Assembly (NCBI RefSeq): GCF_000020025.1
Contig: NC_010628.1
Span: 2,400,001 to 2,432,000 of the forward strand
DNA: 32,000 nucleotides
Reading direction: 5' to 3'
Origin: Nostoc punctiforme PCC 73102
GTDB lineage: Bacteria; Cyanobacteriota; Cyanobacteriia; Cyanobacteriales; Nostocaceae
Of the stretch, positions 28,777 to 32,000 are shown piece by piece (position 1 is the stretch's first letter; every line of letters starts with the position of its first letter). Made by a program: the position numbers and the translations under genes. The notes below the pieces were generated by a model that was not told the DNA's origin, did not search any database, and was given only the letters and a program-made list of their open reading frames with translations.

Positions 28777-29526
28777 TCAAATCTGTGCCATACCGCCATC
28801 AACAAACAACTCAATGCCGTTCACGAAGCTACTGTCATCTGAAGCAAGAAAGACAACGGCTTTGGCAATCTCATCGGGTGTGCCGACTCGTCCCAGTGGA
28901 ATGGCGCTGGCTTGGCTGTCCACGAATTCTTGCAACTGCTGGTCATTTAGTCCCAAATAATCGTAACCAGGAGTCGGAACCACACCAGGGCTAATGGCAT
29001 TCACTCGGATCTTGCGTTCTCTGAGGTCGAGTATCCAATTCCGAGCAAACGATCTCACGGCGGCTTTGGTGGCGCTGTAAACACTGAAAGCTGGCGTACC
29101 TTTTATAGAAGTAATCGAAGCATTCAGGATAATAGAAGCGCCCTCTGGTAAGAGTGGCAGCGCCTTTTGTACGGTGAACAGCAAACCTTTGACGTTTACG
29201 TTGAATGTTTTGTCAAAGTGTTCCTCAGTGATTGCTCCAAGTGGGGCAATTTGTCCACCTCCAGCATTAGCGAAGATGATATCGAGGTGTCCTTGCTCTT
29301 GCTTAATAGTGGCAAACAGACGATCGAGGTCTGCCAGATTAGAAACATCGCTCTGTACAGCCGTAACATTTTTACCAATGGCTTCTACAGCAGCATCCAG
29401 TTCGACTTGGCGACGACCCGTGATGTAGACATAGGAACCTTCAGCAACAAACTGTTTAGCTGTGGCAAGACCGATACCACTGTTGCCACCCGTGACAAGG
29501 GCGATTTTTCCTTCTAGTTTTTTCAT
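28777..29526 (-). CDS. SDR-family oxidoreductase
   Basis: [27 protein letters not shown]. The stop is 20 bp from the MOSC start. Confidence 0.9.
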   Translation of the reverse strand: MKKLEGKIALVTGGNSGIGLATAKQFVAEGSYVYITGRRQVELDAAVEAIGKNVTAVQSDVSNLADLDRLFATIKQEQGHLDIIFANAGGGQIAPLGAITEEHFDKTFNVNVKGLLFTVQKALPLLPEGASIILNASITSIKGTPAFSVYSATKAAVRSFARNWILDLRERKIRVNAISPGVVPTPGYDYLGLNDQQLQEFVDSQASAIPLGRVGTPDEIAKAVVFLASDDSSFVNGIELFVDGGMAQI

Positions 29527-29645
29527 TATGTTAATCTGATGGGGATTCTGGATTTGTATGAACCATTGAAGTGTTATCGGTTCTGTTGCATCACAACTTT
29601 GAGAATAGCAGATTTAACCCTTCATTCATTCTTGGAACCAGTTGG

Positions 29646-29676
29646 GGCAAGGGCTGTATCTTAACTTAGTACCATT
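29646..29676 (+). repeat. Solo right end of the MITE-like family (GGCAAGGGCTGTATCTTAACTTAGTACCATT)
   Basis: Matches 26421-26451 at 29 of 31 positions. I could find no matching left end within ~120 bp. Confidence 0.6.
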
Positions 29677-29702
29677 TCTTACATCTCCTTTGATCGATCT
29701 GC

Positions 29703-30218
29703 TTAATGACTCTGCTTAAGACTTGCAACGAGGTCAGTCACTTGACGTTGAGCCTCTGCGCTCAGTGAGTCAAAGTCGTCTAAGAAGAATTGACGTTCTA
29801 GCGTTAACTTCCGGGTATTGAGTAACCCTTCGATCTGCCAACCTTCGTCGCCTTTTGTTACGACGTATAGCGGCAGCGAATCTCGTGACGCTGAAGTTTC
29901 GGTTTGTCCGGGCAGTATTACCCTGATAACTACAAGCATGAGCGCGAGTTGCGAGTTCACGAAGCGGACAAAATCCACCTCACCCTCCAAGCGTGTTCCT
30001 TTGACAACTGTATCGAACGCTTGCTGATGAAATGCAGCGATTTCTTTTCGACCCTTGAGATGTGTGCCCTCGAACGTGATGAAATCAGCAGTTTCGCTGA
30101 ATGGGGCAGCGAAGCCTTCGCCGCTACCTCGATTCCAAGCATCAATCATCTGGCGATGAAAAGCACGGATTGCCGACTCGTCAGCAGTAGTGGTGGTTTG
30201 ATCTGTTTGTAAATTCAT
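29703..30218 (-). CDS. SgcJ/EcaC-family (SnoaL/NTF2-like, DUF4440-type) protein
   Basis: ..AIRAFHRQMIDAWNRGSGEGFAAPFSETADFITFEGTHLKGRKEIAAFHQQAF.. fits the SgcJ/EcaC pattern I recall. Confidence 0.75.
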   Translation of the reverse strand: MNLQTDQTTTTADESAIRAFHRQMIDAWNRGSGEGFAAPFSETADFITFEGTHLKGRKEIAAFHQQAFDTVVKGTRLEGEVDFVRFVNSQLALMLVVIRVILPGQTETSASRDSLPLYVVTKGDEGWQIEGLLNTRKLTLERQFFLDDFDSLSAEAQRQVTDLVASLKQSH

Positions 30219-30254
30219 AGTTTTGAGTTTTCCTTTTAAGTGATAGACCAGTTC

Positions 30255-31166
30255 TCAAGCGAGCAGACGCAACGATTCCTCCCAAAGGCGATCGGCGTTG
30301 TTCGTGTTGAGGGCGTAGGGAGCAACACCACTGTAGTCTTTGGTTTGCTGGGTAACGATCGTAGCTTCGTTGCAGTCCTCGAAGTAGCGACCACCAATGC
30401 CTTCCACTAAGGGGGAGGTTGCCAGCAGAATTGAAGTGGCAGCACCCTGCTCTGGTGTTTTTTGCAATTCTGCCGGGGTCTGGATACCACCAACGTGGCG
30501 TTGGAGATTGGTGGCGATCGCCCCAGGCATCAAAGCATTGGCAGTAATGCCATCCCTGAACCAGCGCCCAGTACCAGCGACAGCGAAGAGTACGTTCGCT
30601 GTTTTGGACTGCCCGTATGCCAACCACGGATCATAGGGACGGAACGCGAAGTGGATATCATCGAATACAATCGGCGAGAGCATGTGGGCGCTAGAACTGA
30701 CAGACACGATGCGCGCAGCACCGTCCGCCGCCAGAGCATCGTGGAGTCCGAGTGTTAGAGCGAAGTGTCCGAGGTGGTTGGTGGCAAACTGCATCTCCCA
30801 ACCTTCGGGTGTGTGCTGTTCAGGCAATGCCATTACCCCTGCGTTGTTGACGAGGATATGTAGTGGTTCATTCCACGCGGCAATGAATTTAGCGATCGCT
30901 CCTCGGTCGGTCAGGTCAAGTTTGGCGACGTGAATATTTTGATTCCCAGTGATAGCAGTGATGTCAGCCGCCGTCTTTGCCCCAGCATCGACGTTATGCA
31001 CAGCCAACGTAACTTCGGCTCCAGCGTGAGCCAACGCCCGCGCCGTTTCTACACCGATACCCGATGCTGCTCCCGTGACGATCGCCCGTTTGCCAGAGAG
31101 ATCGATTCCCTGTGCTACCTCAGAGGCGGTAGAGTGCCGTCCAAATGGTGTGGTAATTCGTGCCAT
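30255..31166 (-). CDS. SDR-family oxidoreductase (retinol-dehydrogenase/WWOX-like subgroup)
   Basis: AIVTGAASGIGVETA, NNAG, YGQSKTANV. This is the first gene of the minus-strand cluster. Confidence 0.9.
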   Translation of the reverse strand: MARITTPFGRHSTASEVAQGIDLSGKRAIVTGAASGIGVETARALAHAGAEVTLAVHNVDAGAKTAADITAITGNQNIHVAKLDLTDRGAIAKFIAAWNEPLHILVNNAGVMALPEQHTPEGWEMQFATNHLGHFALTLGLHDALAADGAARIVSVSSSAHMLSPIVFDDIHFAFRPYDPWLAYGQSKTANVLFAVAGTGRWFRDGITANALMPGAIATNLQRHVGGIQTPAELQKTPEQGAATSILLATSPLVEGIGGRYFEDCNEATIVTQQTKDYSGVAPYALNTNNADRLWEESLRLLA

Positions 31167-31286
31167 TGCGTGTTCCTTTCTTTATAGATGTTAGGAGCGA
31201 TCGCTGACTTCTAGATAAGTTGAGTTGGCTGGATTTTGTACTTTGTGCTTAACGAGAAGAGTTTGTCGAGTGCAACTTGTTTTAAT

Positions 31287-32000
31287 AGAGTTGTCGGGAA
31301 ATAAAAGATAAGTGAGGCAATGCTGGTCTTGTAATTGGGATTCTCTTAAGCAGCCATCAAGTAGAAGTTCCATAATCCTGCTGCGGTCAGCATCAAATGG
31401 TCATCAAAGTTTTCAATCCGATTACGATAAATGACACTGGCGGCGTTGTAGCGCTTCACACCAGCAAAGGCATTTTCGCAAACTACACGGGATTGACTCA
31501 ATTGACGATTCTCCGTTTTTTGAAGGTCACTTAACTTGCCCCCTTTGGGCTTTTTGTGAGGAAGATGGAGATTGTCATACTGCTTCTGTAATCCCTGAAA
31601 GCCCGAGTCTACTTCAATCGGAATTTCATCAGGCACACTACCTGCAATGTCATCTTCGTCATGAAAACGTTTGTCATGCAGTTTGCCTTCTCGTGCTTTG
31701 CTTAAGATCAAGACCCGTTTGGTTTCATCAACTGCCGCCAAGTGTTTACGCGTATGACGTTTCTTTTTACCGGAGTAATTCTGTTGTTGTTGTTCTCTTT
31801 CTTGAGGTCGCGCAATTGGGCGTTCTGTCCCATCAATCATCACTCGTTGCACTCCTGGAAAGCGTGACAAAAATGCTTCAATGCTTTCGAGATGGCGTTC
31901 CGGCAGCGCCATCTTCTGTCCCAAAGCCGCTTCTAATATTGGCTGCAATCGATGCATCCACTCATGTGCCTGGGAGCGATGCATATCAAAGAGCAGTCCC
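31287..32000 (-). mobile_element. IS5-family (DDE_Tnp_4-like) insertion sequence, copy B, inverted relative to copy A; transposase frame intact as far as visible; continues past the window (expected end about 32290)
   Basis: The same inner end as copy A (AGAGTTGTCGGGAAATAAAAG at 31287). The ORF-track peptides are identical to copy A, but without the 1-nt deletion. Confidence 0.9.

Noticed and set aside
30181-30933. Alternative-frame and antisense ORFs overlapping the SDR gene (30181..30627, 30397..30636, 30462..30758, 30530..30739, 30682..30933). There are similar shadow ORFs inside most other genes, for example 13053..13325, 21009..21200, 22026..22670 and 29167..29517.
   Set aside because: They overlap ORFs with clear family motifs and have skewed Arg/Ser/Cys-rich composition. 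This is typical of shadow ORFs in GC-richer coding DNA.

Overview
This window looks like an accessory, IS-riddled stretch of a filamentous (Nostocales-type) cyanobacterial replicon. That assignment is an inference from three things: well over 20 HIP1 octamers (GCGATCGC) seen by eye, STRR-like heptamer repeats, and the gene content. About half of the recognisable genes are broken.

Mobile DNA, all with decayed or partial transposase genes unless noted:
- ISAzo13-type element.
- ISAs1-type element.
- IS982, IS630 and IS5/IS4 stubs.
- IS110-type element.
- Two inverted copies of one ~1.0-kb IS5-type (DDE_Tnp_4-like) element. The right-hand copy appears intact within the window.

Genes that look intact:
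- GST, TspO and an adenosine-kinase-like PfkB protein.
- An orphan SDR.
- An RclA-like flavoprotein disulfide reductase followed by an LDH/MDH-family dehydrogenase.
- DUF1348 and a DUF6130-like gene.
- A five-gene minus-strand redox/detox cluster: SDR, SgcJ/EcaC, SDR, MOSC, alpha/beta hydrolase.
- Several unknown ORFs.

Broken genes:
- A TerB-like/carotenoid-oxygenase fusion.
- A Ser/Thr-kinase-AAA (STAND-like) giant gene.
- An alpha/beta hydrolase, a VOC protein, a TehA/TDT transporter, a DUF302 gene and an FAD oxidoreductase.

I found no obvious self-contained novel multi-gene system. The strongest signals are structural:
1. The inverted IS pair brackets 15.2 kb of cargo and sits inside the kinase gene, so it is a candidate composite transposon.
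2. 21-nt insertions split HIP1 palindromes exactly, and one of them knocks out a transposase.
3. A small MITE-like family with AATGGCACTNAG termini has a complete 99-bp copy at a gene breakpoint.
4. A 55-bp hairpin-forming insertion and a 241-bp TIR element disrupt an unknown gene region.
5. An unknown protein carries a tandem peptide repeat whose DNA copies differ only at synonymous sites.

No tRNA, rRNA or CRISPR array was seen. All family names come from my recognition of motifs, not from searches.
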